Of a stretch of DNA of 40,289 nt, positions 8,744-16,856 are shown in pieces. The stretch's first letter is position 1. Each line of letters opens with the position of its first letter. The stretch is from an uncultured Acidimicrobiales bacterium. Lineage in GTDB: Bacteria > Actinomycetota > Acidimicrobiia > Acidimicrobiales > Iamiaceae. The position numbers and the translations under genes were made by a program. Location: NCBI GenBank assembly GCA_937926025.1, contig CALANQ010000394.1, positions 1 through 40,289 of the forward strand, given 5' to 3'. The notes under the pieces were generated by a model, which had not been told where the DNA came from, did not search any database, and saw only the letters and a program-made list of their open reading frames with translations.

Positions 8744-9471
8744 TCGGTGCTCGTGGCTGGCTCCGGGTCGTCGGGCTCGGGCCGGGCGATCCCGACTGGC
8801 TGCTCCCCGAGGCCCGGCGCTCCATCCAGGACGACCTCATCGGCGGCCAGGCCCGCCACGGGTCCGACAACCGGGTGGAGCTGGACCGGGCGGCCAAGGC
8901 ACTGGACCTGGCGGCCGAGGGCCACCGGGTGGCGGTGATCTCGTCCGGCGACCCCGGCGTCTTCGCCATGGCCGCCGCCGTGCTGGAGGCCCAGTTCGCC
9001 GCCGGTGCCCCGTCCGCCTGGGCCGCCGTGGACGTGCAGGTGGTCCCCGGGGTCACCGCCGCCCTGGCCACCGCAGCCCGGGCGGGCGCGCCGCTGGGCC
9101 ACGACTTCTGCGTCGTCTCGCTGTCGGACAACCTGAAGCCCTGGAGCATCATCGAGCGCCGGGTCCGGGCCGCCATGGAGGCCGATCTGGCCCTGGCCCT
9201 CTACAACCCGGTGTCCCGCCACCGCCCGACCCAGTTGGCCACCGCCTTCGACCTGATCCGCCAGCACCGGGCACCGACCACCCCCATCGTCCTCGGGCGC
9301 GACGTCGGCCGTCCGGCCGAGCAGGTCACCGTGGTCCCGCTCGGTGACGTCGACCTCTCGGTCTGCGACATGCGCACCGTGATCATCGTCGGGTCGTCCA
9401 CCACCGAGGTCCACCAGGGCGTCACCGGCACCCCCAAGGTCCTCACCCCGAGGACCTACCCCGACTCCTGA
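8740..9471 (+). CDS. cobJ: Precorrin-3B C17-methyltransferase (apparently with an in-frame internal deletion)
   Basis: VVGLGPG, SDNRVE, ISSGDPGVFAMA, PGVTAA, GAPLGHDF, SLSDNLKPW, LYNPVS, DMRTVIIVGSS, TPRTY. Confidence 0.93.
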   Translation: MIGARGWLRVVGLGPGDPDWLLPEARRSIQDDLIGGQARHGSDNRVELDRAAKALDLAAEGHRVAVISSGDPGVFAMAAAVLEAQFAAGAPSAWAAVDVQVVPGVTAALATAARAGAPLGHDFCVVSLSDNLKPWSIIERRVRAAMEADLALALYNPVSRHRPTQLATAFDLIRQHRAPTTPIVLGRDVGRPAEQVTVVPLGDVDLSVCDMRTVIIVGSSTTEVHQGVTGTPKVLTPRTYPDS

Positions 9472-10223
9472 CCCAGGTGGTCGGCGAGCCAGCCGACGGC
9501 GGCTTCGGGGGTGGGCGCCATCGGGCCGTCGGGGACCGGGGGGCGGTCGACGACGACCACCGGGAGGCCGAGGGCGCGGGCGGCGTCGAGCTTGGCGGCG
9601 GTGGCGGTGCCGCCGCTGTTCTTGGTGACCAGCAGGTCGATGCGCTCCCGCTCCAGCAGCGCCGTCTCGTCGTCGACGGAGAAGGGGCCGCGGGCCAGGA
9701 GGGGCTGCGCCGTCCAGGTTCCGCCGAGGTCCACCGGCTCGATGGTGCGCACGACGAAGGTCGGGCCGGCGAGCGTGCGGAACGGGTCGATCTCCTGGCG
9801 GCCGATCGTCAGCAGCACCCGATCCCGGGGGCGGACCGCGACCAGTGCGGCGGCATCGGCCACCGATGCCACGGGCAGCCAGCGGTCGCCGTCGACGGGC
9901 GACCACGGCGGTCGCACCACCTTCACCCGAGGGATGCCCGCCCGCTCGCACGCCTCCGCCGCCTGGAACGGCATGACCGCGGCGAACGGGTGCAGGGCGT
10001 CGACGACCGCGTCGATCCGCTGATCGGCCAGGAAGGCGGCCAGGCCGTCGACGCCGCCGAAGCCGCCCACCCGGACCGTGCCGGACGGGGCGGTCGGTGC
10101 CGCGGTGCGGCCGGCGAACGACACGATCAGGTCGACGGTGCCGGGGGGCTGCTCGCCGAGGACCCGGGCGATGGCGGTGGCCTCGGTGGTCCCGGCGAGC
10201 AGCAGCACCCGCGGCGTGGTCAT
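9456..10223 (-). CDS. cobK: Precorrin-6A reductase
   Basis: LLLAGTTEA, SFAGRT, RVGGFGGVDGL, VVDALHPFA, RPPW, LTIGRQ, ARGPF, VTKNSGG, KLDAAR. Confidence 0.96.
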   Translation of the reverse strand: MTTPRVLLLAGTTEATAIARVLGEQPPGTVDLIVSFAGRTAAPTAPSGTVRVGGFGGVDGLAAFLADQRIDAVVDALHPFAAVMPFQAAEACERAGIPRVKVVRPPWSPVDGDRWLPVASVADAAALVAVRPRDRVLLTIGRQEIDPFRTLAGPTFVVRTIEPVDLGGTWTAQPLLARGPFSVDDETALLERERIDLLVTKNSGGTATAAKLDAARALGLPVVVVDRPPVPDGPMAPTPEAAVGWLADHLGQESG

Positions 10224-10242
10224 GGGGCGAGGGTAGGGCCGG

Positions 10243-11184
10243 TCAGGCCGGGTACCCGTCCCGAGCGACCTTGCGGTCGAGGAGGAACCCGAGCACGCCG
10301 GCCATCACCGCCCACATCAGGGCCACGCCGGCAAACGACTTGAGCCGGAACGACCACAGCAGGCTGGCGTAGGCGTTCGACACCAGCTTGGTGGTGCTGA
10401 CCGCGACCGGGTTGCCCTTCAGGTCCTCGCCCCGATCGATCGACGACAGGTCGAGGGGCTCGTCGGGGTCGCTCGGGTCCCGGTAGGACTCGTCGCCGGT
10501 CTCCTGGGCGGTCGCCAGCATCTGGTCCAGCACCGCCGCAGGCGCCGAGTCGGCCACCACCAGGGCGGGGGCGGCGTCGCTGTTGGGCGGCTCGATCCGG
10601 TCGGGGCTGGCCGGCCAGATCAGGTACGCCGCCGTCAGCATCAGCACGAACGCGCCGCCGCCGGCCAGGAACCGGAGGCCGCCGTCGAGCCCGGCGCGGG
10701 TCAGCCGCTCCCAGATCCACCAGGTGGCGAGCACGATCAACGCCGATCCCAGCACCAGGGCCAGGTACGACATCGTCCGGTCCCCGATGGTGTCGGGGTT
10801 GCCGACGGTGGGCGGGTTCGGCGGGTCCTTCAGGCCGGGCAGCAGCGACGTCGCCAGGAACGCGGCGGCCGCCACCTTCGCCACCCGGGCGAACTCGTTG
10901 CGCCCGCGGATGCGATCGTGGAACGCGGCGGCGACCACGGACAGGACGACGCCGAGCAGCACGCCGTAGATCACGGCGGCGGCCATCCCTCCCCAGTGCT
11001 GGGTGGAACGGCTGAACTCGGCGGGCTCGCCGGGCGGGAGCCCGATGCCGGTCGCGTCCTCGAAGCGGAGCGCGTACCCGATCGGGATCTCGGTGACGAA
11101 GCGGATGAACAGGGCGGCGGCCAACCCGCCCGCAGCACCGGCCGCCAGGCCGCGCTGAAGGAAGGCCTTCATGGTGAGCTTCAC
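10243..11184 (-). CDS. cbtA: CbtA-family predicted cobalt transporter subunit
   Basis: RGLAAGAAGGL, E..I..AL.FE, FSRSTQ, PGLKxPPNPPTVGNPDTIGDRT, LLWSFRL; several transmembrane helices; downstream of cbtB. Confidence 0.88.
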   Translation of the reverse strand: MKLTMKAFLQRGLAAGAAGGLAAALFIRFVTEIPIGYALRFEDATGIGLPPGEPAEFSRSTQHWGGMAAAVIYGVLLGVVLSVVAAAFHDRIRGRNEFARVAKVAAAAFLATSLLPGLKDPPNPPTVGNPDTIGDRTMSYLALVLGSALIVLATWWIWERLTRAGLDGGLRFLAGGGAFVLMLTAAYLIWPASPDRIEPPNSDAAPALVVADSAPAAVLDQMLATAQETGDESYRDPSDPDEPLDLSSIDRGEDLKGNPVAVSTTKLVSNAYASLLWSFRLKSFAGVALMWAVMAGVLGFLLDRKVARDGYPA

Positions 11185-11202
11185 GATGGGGGTCCTGTCA
11201 GG

Positions 11203-11403
11203 TCAGTGGCAGGGGAACCCGAGGGCGTGGCGCCCGTCGTGGAAGAACTCGTGCACCGTCATCCAGTTGCTCATGATGAGCCCGTTCTCCTGGAGGATGA
11301 TGTACGAGGCGAACATCGCGAACGCCAGGGCGAACCAGGCCCAGGCGGGAACATCGATGCGGACGCCCAGCGGTGCCGGGGTGGACGTGGTGACTGCAGC
11401 CAT
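11203..11403 (-). CDS. cbtB: CbtB-family predicted cobalt transporter subunit
   Basis: One transmembrane segment followed by HEFFHDGRHALGFPCH. GGAGG ribosome-binding site before ATG 11403. Confidence 0.92.
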   Translation of the reverse strand: MAAVTTSTPAPLGVRIDVPAWAWFALAFAMFASYIILQENGLIMSNWMTVHEFFHDGRHALGFPCH

Positions 11404-11429
11404 GGTGGCCTCCATCTCTCGTGGTTGAG

Positions 11430-11570
11430 GCGCAGCAGGTTTCCTGGCTCCCAGATCACCGCTCCCCGACGCCTTCCCAGACCGAGGTCCAGTGGCAGAT
11501 GTCGGGTCGCTCCCTGGTCACAGTGGCGAGGACCGCGCCGGATTCGCACCGGCTTCCCTTGCACTACGCG
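11430..11570 (-). ncRNA. Cobalamin (AdoCbl-type) riboswitch upstream of cbtBA
   Basis: Minus strand: AGGGAAGCCGGTGCGAATCCGGCGCGGTCCTCGCCACTGTG...GCCACTGG...GGGAAGG...GAGCCAGGAAACCTGC. Confidence 0.95.
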
Positions 11571-11604
11571 GAGGGCATCTTGGCACACGCCATGATGGGC
11601 GGCC

Positions 11605-12243
11605 ATGGGCGGACCGCTGACCGACGACGAACTGGTGGCCGCGCTGGCCCCGATGTCGCTCCGGTCGCGCCTCGATCCACCGTCGGTCGCCGCCGCCCAG
11701 GGCCGGGGGGTCACCGACGCCGACGACGTGGCGGCGCTGGTCGCCCACATCGAGCGCGGCCTGTTCGACAGCCCGTTCTCGCCCGCCACCGACCTCGGCC
11801 CCGACCGCCGCCAGGAGGTGGCCGGGTCCATCGCGTTCCAGGCGGTGGTGGCCCAGATCCTGAACCCGGTGCTGCTCAGCCACCGCCGCCTCGGCATCGG
11901 CCTGTTCCCGCTCATCGGCCACGTCCGCTGGCGGCCCGACGGCTGGGTGGTCCGCTACGGCCTGACCCCGCTGGTCCGCGGCACCCCGTCGGAGACCGCC
12001 GCCACCGTCGACCGGTTCCACCAGGAGATCTCCGGCCCCCTCGCCGAGTCGATCAACCGGGTCCTGCCCGTCCCGCTCCCCGGCCGCCTCCTCCTCGGCA
12101 ACCAGCGCGCCGCCGTCCACACCGCGCTCGAGGCCATCGGCGAGGCCCCGGCCGGCCGCTACGCCCGCGACACGTGCTGCCTGATCCACCTCGCCGGCCT
12201 CGCCCCCTGCCCCGAGTGCCCTCTCGAGGGCCCCTCCGCGTGA
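11605..12243 (+). CDS. FhuF-like (2Fe-2S)-binding protein / ferric reductase-like protein
   Basis: C-terminal RDTCCLIHLAGLAPCPECP (CC-x9-C-x2-C) and upstream LLLGN segment resemble the FhuF/FhuF_C family; high-GC codon usage. Confidence 0.72.
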   Translation: MGGPLTDDELVAALAPMSLRSRLDPPSVAAAQGRGVTDADDVAALVAHIERGLFDSPFSPATDLGPDRRQEVAGSIAFQAVVAQILNPVLLSHRRLGIGLFPLIGHVRWRPDGWVVRYGLTPLVRGTPSETAATVDRFHQEISGPLAESINRVLPVPLPGRLLLGNQRAAVHTALEAIGEAPAGRYARDTCCLIHLAGLAPCPECPLEGPSA

Positions 12244-12263
12244 CTCTTTCCGGGGCGTGGTGG

Positions 12264-13079
12264 TCAGGTCGTGGGGCGGCGGAGGAGGTAGATGTCCATG
12301 ATCCAGCCGTGGCGGGCGACGGCGTCGGCGCGGGTCCGGACGATCTGATCGGCGACGTCGGCGAGGGGGCCGGCGACCAGGAGCTGGTCGGGCGAGCCGA
12401 CGTAGGCGCCCCACCAGATGTGGATGCCGTCACCACCGTCGGGCCCGTCAGCGCCGTCGGGGTCGGGGCGGTCGAGGAGGTGGCGGAAGGAGCAGTCGGC
12501 GTCGAGCATGACGATGGCGTTGGCGATGCCGGCGGGCCACCCGTCGGGGGCCACCAGCCGGCGGCCGGTGGTGGTGAGCATGGACTCGCCGATGCGGTGG
12601 AGCGGGATCTGGTGGGCGGCGGCGAGGGCCGAGATGCTGGTGATGCCGGGGATGACCGTGCGGGTGAAGGCGACGGTGCCCCGCCCGGCGACGTCGTCGA
12701 GGATGCGCAGCGTGGAGTCGTAGAGCGACGGGTCGCCCCAGACCAGGATCGCGGCGGTCTCGTCCTCGCCGACCTCGTCGCGCAGCGCGGCCTCGTAGCG
12801 GTCGGCTCGCTGGTGGTGCCACGAGCGGACCTCGCCGCCGTAGTCGCCGGGCGTGCGGTCCCGGGCGACCTCGGCGATGGCGATCCAGCGGTAGCCGCCG
12901 TCGGGCCGGTGGTCGGCCAGGATCCGGCGCCGCACGGCCTCCAGGTCGGGGCCGGCGCCGTCGTCGCCGCCCTTGTCCACCACCAGGAAGGCGTCGGTGG
13001 CGGCGATGGCGGAGGCGGCCTGCGCGGTGACGTGGCCGGGGTCGCCCGTGCCGATGCCGATGACGTGGACGTGGCGCAT
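12264..13079 (-). CDS. cobF: Precorrin-6A synthase (deacetylating)
   Basis: MRHVHVIGIGTGDP, VVDKG, WHHQRA, LVWGDPSLYDSTLRI, PGITS, TTGRRL, VMLD, WWGAYVG, HGWIMDIYLLRR. Confidence 0.95.
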   Translation of the reverse strand: MRHVHVIGIGTGDPGHVTAQAASAIAATDAFLVVDKGGDDGAGPDLEAVRRRILADHRPDGGYRWIAIAEVARDRTPGDYGGEVRSWHHQRADRYEAALRDEVGEDETAAILVWGDPSLYDSTLRILDDVAGRGTVAFTRTVIPGITSISALAAAHQIPLHRIGESMLTTTGRRLVAPDGWPAGIANAIVMLDADCSFRHLLDRPDPDGADGPDGGDGIHIWWGAYVGSPDQLLVAGPLADVADQIVRTRADAVARHGWIMDIYLLRRPTT

Positions 13080-13118
13080 CCGTTCGATCCTGCCACGGCG
13101 TTCCGATAGGTTCGCCAC

Positions 13119-13262
13119 CGCGACACAGGGAACATCGGTGCGAATCCGAGGCTGTACCCGCAACTGTCACCGGGGAGCGATCCTCCATCCATGGTCACGG
13201 CCTCTCGGGGCTGGAAGGCCGGAGGGGAGCCCTGATCCGGGAGCCAGGACACCTGTGACCGC
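13119..13262 (+). ncRNA. Cobalamin (AdoCbl-type) riboswitch upstream of cobN
   Basis: CAGGGAACATCGGTGCGAATCCGAGGCTGTACCCGCAACTGTC...GGTCACGG...GGAAGGCC...GAGCCAGGACACCTGTG. CACAGG/CCTGTG closing stem. TAGGTT -10 at 13107-13112. Confidence 0.93.
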
Positions 13263-13292
13263 CTCCGAGCAACCGACCGGGAGCAGTCACCC

Positions 13293-16200
13293 ATGGCATC
13301 CGCCGATCCCGTCCGCCCTGCGGACCCCGCGATCCTCTTCCTCACCACCGCGGCCACCGAGGTGCTGGCGCTGCGGACGGCGTCGGAGTCGCTGCCCGAC
13401 GGCTTCCCGCCGGTGCGGGCCGCGTCGCCCTACGGCCACGAGGTCGACCTCGACGGCACCGCCTGCGTGCTGGTGCGGCTGCTGGGCGGCCGCCGGGCGT
13501 GGGAGGACGGGTTCGACGACCTGCGGGCCGAGTGCGTTCGGCGGGGCATCCCGTTCCTGGCGTTCGCCGGGGAGGCGGTGCCCGATGCCGAGCTGACGGC
13601 CCTGTCCACCGTCCCGGCGTCGCTGCTGACCGAGGCGTTCGCCTACCTGGTGCAGGGCGGTCCGGAGAACCTGGCCAACCTGGTGCGCTTCGTGGCCGAC
13701 ACGGTGCTGCTCGAGGGCTTCGGCTTCGACGCCCCGGTGGCCGTGCCCGACGTGACGGTGTGGCGCGAGCCGGCCGAGCGTGATCCGGCCCGTCCGCTGG
13801 TGGGCGTGGTGTTCTACCGGGCCCACCTGGTGGCCGGGAACACGCAGTTCATCGCCGACCTGTGCGACGGCATCGAGGCGGCGGGCGGCGATGCCGTGGC
13901 GGTGTCGTGCTACTCGCTGCGCGGCGACGACGGGGCGCCGGCCATCGACCTGCTGGCGTCGCTCGGGCTCGACGTGCTGGTCACCACCGTGCTGGCCGCC
14001 GGTGGCGTGGCCGCGGCGGCGGGCATCGACGGCGGCCCGGGCGGGCTCGACGGCGAGGCGTGGGAGGTGTCGGCGCTGGCGGCGCTGGACGTGCCCATCA
14101 TCCAGGCGCCGTCGTGCACCGCCAGCTCCGCGGACTGGGCGGCGAGCGACGGCGGGCTGGGCCCGTTCGACGTCACCCAGGGCGTGGCCATCCCCGAGTT
14201 CGACGGCCGCATCATCGCTCCGGCGTTCGCGTTCGCCGAGGTGGTGGACGACGGTGACGAGACCGGCGCCGAGGTGAAGGCGTACCGCACGCTGCCGGAC
14301 CGGGTGGCCCGCGTGGCCGGCATCGCCGTGCGCCACGCCCGGCTCCGGGCCCGTCCGCCCGCCGAGCGCAAGGTGGTCATCGTGCTCTCCGCCTACCCCA
14401 CCAAGCGGAGCCGGCTGGGCAACGCGGTGGGCCTGGACACGCCGGCGTCGGCCCTCCGCATGCTGCACGCGCTGCGGGACGAGGGGTACCGGGTGGACCG
14501 CATCCCGGCCACCAGCGACGAGCTCATGGCCGAGCTGGCCGACGGCCTGGTGTACGAGGCCGAGCAGCTCACCCCCGCCGAGATCGAGGCGGCGGTCGGG
14601 GCCATGGCCGCCGACGACTACGTCGACTGGTTCCGCACCATCCCCGCCGAGGCGCAGGAGGAGGTCGAGGCGAAGTGGGGGCCGGCGCCCGGCCACCAGC
14701 GGGTGCACGACGGCGCCCTCGTCTTCAGCGGCGTGGACCTGGGCAACGTGCTGGTGGTGATCCAGCCGCCCCGCGGGTACGGCGACGACCCGGTGGCGGT
14801 GTACCACTCGCCGGTCCTGCCGCCGGCCCACCACTACCTGGCCTTCTACCGCTGGCTCGACCTGGGGTGGGACGCCGACGCCATCGTCCACCTCGGCAAG
14901 CACGGCACGCTGGAGTGGCTGCCCGGCAAGGCCGTCGGGCTGTCGGGCTCCTGCTACCCGGACCTGGCGCTGGGCGACGTGCCGTTCTTCTACCCGTTCG
15001 TGGTGAACGACCCGGGGGAGGGCACGCAGGCCAAGCGCCGCGCCCACGCCACCGTCATCGACCACCTGCTCCCGCCGATGACCCGGGCCGACACGTACGA
15101 CGACCTGGCCCGCCTGGAGCAGCTGTTCGACGAGTACGCCACGCTTCAGTCGCTGGACCCCTCGAAGCTGGCCACCCTGCGCAACCGGATCTGGGAGCAG
15201 ATCACCGACTCGGCGATCGACCGGGATCTGGGCCTGGTGGACGAGACCGACGACGAGGCCGCGTTCGACGACGTGATCGTCGACGTCGACGGCTACCTGT
15301 GCGGCCTGAAGGACGCCCAGATCCGCGGCGGCCTCCACGTGCTGGGCGACGTGCCGGTCGACGAGGGCCTGGTGGACCTCGTGCTGGCCATCACCCGGCT
15401 CGGCCACGGCACGGTCCCGTCGCTGCGCCTGGCGGTGGCGACCGAGCTCGGGCTCGACCCGGCGGCGCCGGCATCGTTCGACGCGCTGGAGGCCCGCTGC
15501 CGCGAGCTGGTCGAGGCGGCGGCCGCTCGGGGCTGGGCGTCGGTGGACGGCGACCTGCCCACGATCGCCTGGGTGTGCGACTGGCTGGTGCCCAAGCTGC
15601 GTCAGACCGGCGACGAGCTCGCCAACCTGCTGCGGGGACTCGACGGCCGCTACGTGCCCGCCGGTCCCTCCGGGACCCTCACCCGCGGCGGCGCCCACGT
15701 GCTGCCGACGGGCCGGAACTTCTACTCGATCGACCCGAAGGCGCTGCCCACCGAGCTGAGCTGGGAGGTGGGCGTGAAGCTTGCCGACGCGCTGCTCGCC
15801 CGCCACCTCGAGGAGGAGGGGGCCTACCCGGCCACGGTCGGCCTGGTGCTCTGGGGCACGGCGATCATGCGCACCCAGGGCGACGACGTGGCCGAGGCGC
15901 TGGCCCTCCTGGGCGTGCGGCCGCGCTGGGAGCAGGAGTCCCGCCGCATCGTCGGGCTCGACGTGATCCCGCTGGCGGAGCTCGGGCGGCCCCGCATCGA
16001 CGTGACGCTGCGCATCTCGGGCTTCTTCCGCGACGCCTTCCCCGGGCTGGTGGCGCTGCTCGACGAGGCGGTCGCCCTGGTCGGCGCGCTCGACGAGCCG
16101 CCCGAGGACAACTTCGTCATCCGCAACGGAACCGGCGACGCCCGCGTCTTCGGCCCGGCGCCGGGCTCCTACGGCGTGGGCATCCTCGCCCTGATCGAGA

Positions 16201-16856
16201 GCCGCAACTGGCGCTCCGACGACGACCTGGCTGCCGTCTACATCGCCTGGTCCGGCTACTCGTACGGGCGGTCCGGCTACGGCGTGGCCGACGAGGACGC
16301 CATGCGCCGCCGGTTCGCCGCCATCGAGGTGGCCGTCAAGAACCAGGACAACCGCGAGCACGACATCTTCGACTCCGACGACTACCTGCAGGACCACGGC
16401 GGCATGATCGCCACCGTCCGCTCGCTCACCGGGCGCGACCCGAAGGGCTGGTTCGGCGACTCCTCGAACCCGGCCGTTCCCCAGGTGCGCTCGCTGGCCG
16501 AGGAGGCGGCTCGGGTGGTGCGCACCCGGGTGGTGAACCCCCGCTGGATCGAGGCCATGCAGCGCCACGGCTACAAGGGCGCCTTCGAGATGGCGGCCAC
16601 CGTGGACTTCCTGTTCGGCTACGACGCCACCGCCAAGGTGGTCGACGACTGGATGTACGAGCGGGTCACCGAGCGGTACGTGGCCGACCCGGAGGTCCGG
16701 AAGTTCTTCGAGCAGTCCAACCCGTGGGCGCTCACCGCCATCGCCGAGCGGCTGCTGGAGGCGGACGAGCGGGAGATGTGGTCGGCGTCGCCCGAGGCGC
16801 TGGCCGCCCTGCGATCCGCCCTGCTGGAGGCCGAGGGCTGGGAGGAGGCGCGGTGA
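13293..16856 (+). CDS. cobN: Cobaltochelatase subunit CobN
   Basis: 1187 aa; AIPEFDGRI, YPTKRSRLGNAVGLDT, HLGKHGTLEWLPGK, NDPGEGTQAKRR, LPTGRNFYS, RPRIDVTLRISGFFRDAFP, RVVNPRW. Confidence 0.98.
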   Translation: MASADPVRPADPAILFLTTAATEVLALRTASESLPDGFPPVRAASPYGHEVDLDGTACVLVRLLGGRRAWEDGFDDLRAECVRRGIPFLAFAGEAVPDAELTALSTVPASLLTEAFAYLVQGGPENLANLVRFVADTVLLEGFGFDAPVAVPDVTVWREPAERDPARPLVGVVFYRAHLVAGNTQFIADLCDGIEAAGGDAVAVSCYSLRGDDGAPAIDLLASLGLDVLVTTVLAAGGVAAAAGIDGGPGGLDGEAWEVSALAALDVPIIQAPSCTASSADWAASDGGLGPFDVTQGVAIPEFDGRIIAPAFAFAEVVDDGDETGAEVKAYRTLPDRVARVAGIAVRHARLRARPPAERKVVIVLSAYPTKRSRLGNAVGLDTPASALRMLHALRDEGYRVDRIPATSDELMAELADGLVYEAEQLTPAEIEAAVGAMAADDYVDWFRTIPAEAQEEVEAKWGPAPGHQRVHDGALVFSGVDLGNVLVVIQPPRGYGDDPVAVYHSPVLPPAHHYLAFYRWLDLGWDADAIVHLGKHGTLEWLPGKAVGLSGSCYPDLALGDVPFFYPFVVNDPGEGTQAKRRAHATVIDHLLPPMTRADTYDDLARLEQLFDEYATLQSLDPSKLATLRNRIWEQITDSAIDRDLGLVDETDDEAAFDDVIVDVDGYLCGLKDAQIRGGLHVLGDVPVDEGLVDLVLAITRLGHGTVPSLRLAVATELGLDPAAPASFDALEARCRELVEAAAARGWASVDGDLPTIAWVCDWLVPKLRQTGDELANLLRGLDGRYVPAGPSGTLTRGGAHVLPTGRNFYSIDPKALPTELSWEVGVKLADALLARHLEEEGAYPATVGLVLWGTAIMRTQGDDVAEALALLGVRPRWEQESRRIVGLDVIPLAELGRPRIDVTLRISGFFRDAFPGLVALLDEAVALVGALDEPPEDNFVIRNGTGDARVFGPAPGSYGVGILALIESRNWRSDDDLAAVYIAWSGYSYGRSGYGVADEDAMRRRFAAIEVAVKNQDNREHDIFDSDDYLQDHGGMIATVRSLTGRDPKGWFGDSSNPAVPQVRSLAEEAARVVRTRVVNPRWIEAMQRHGYKGAFEMAATVDFLFGYDATAKVVDDWMYERVTERYVADPEVRKFFEQSNPWALTAIAERLLEADEREMWSASPEALAALRSALLEAEGWEEAR

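Noticed and set aside
13426-13434. Other CGTAGGG/CCCTACG 7-mers (about 2649, 13428 and 31610)
   Set aside because: They are single copies inside coding regions at Pro-Tyr codons, lack the YA ending and are not near promoters.
13287-16568. 1093-aa antisense ORF opposite cobN, and many other long shadow ORFs (4644-6218, 18166-20298, 23260-25365, 27941-30259, 34938-37589)
   Set aside because: Expected from stop-codon scarcity in high-GC DNA. They have no recognisable motifs and lie opposite well-supported genes.
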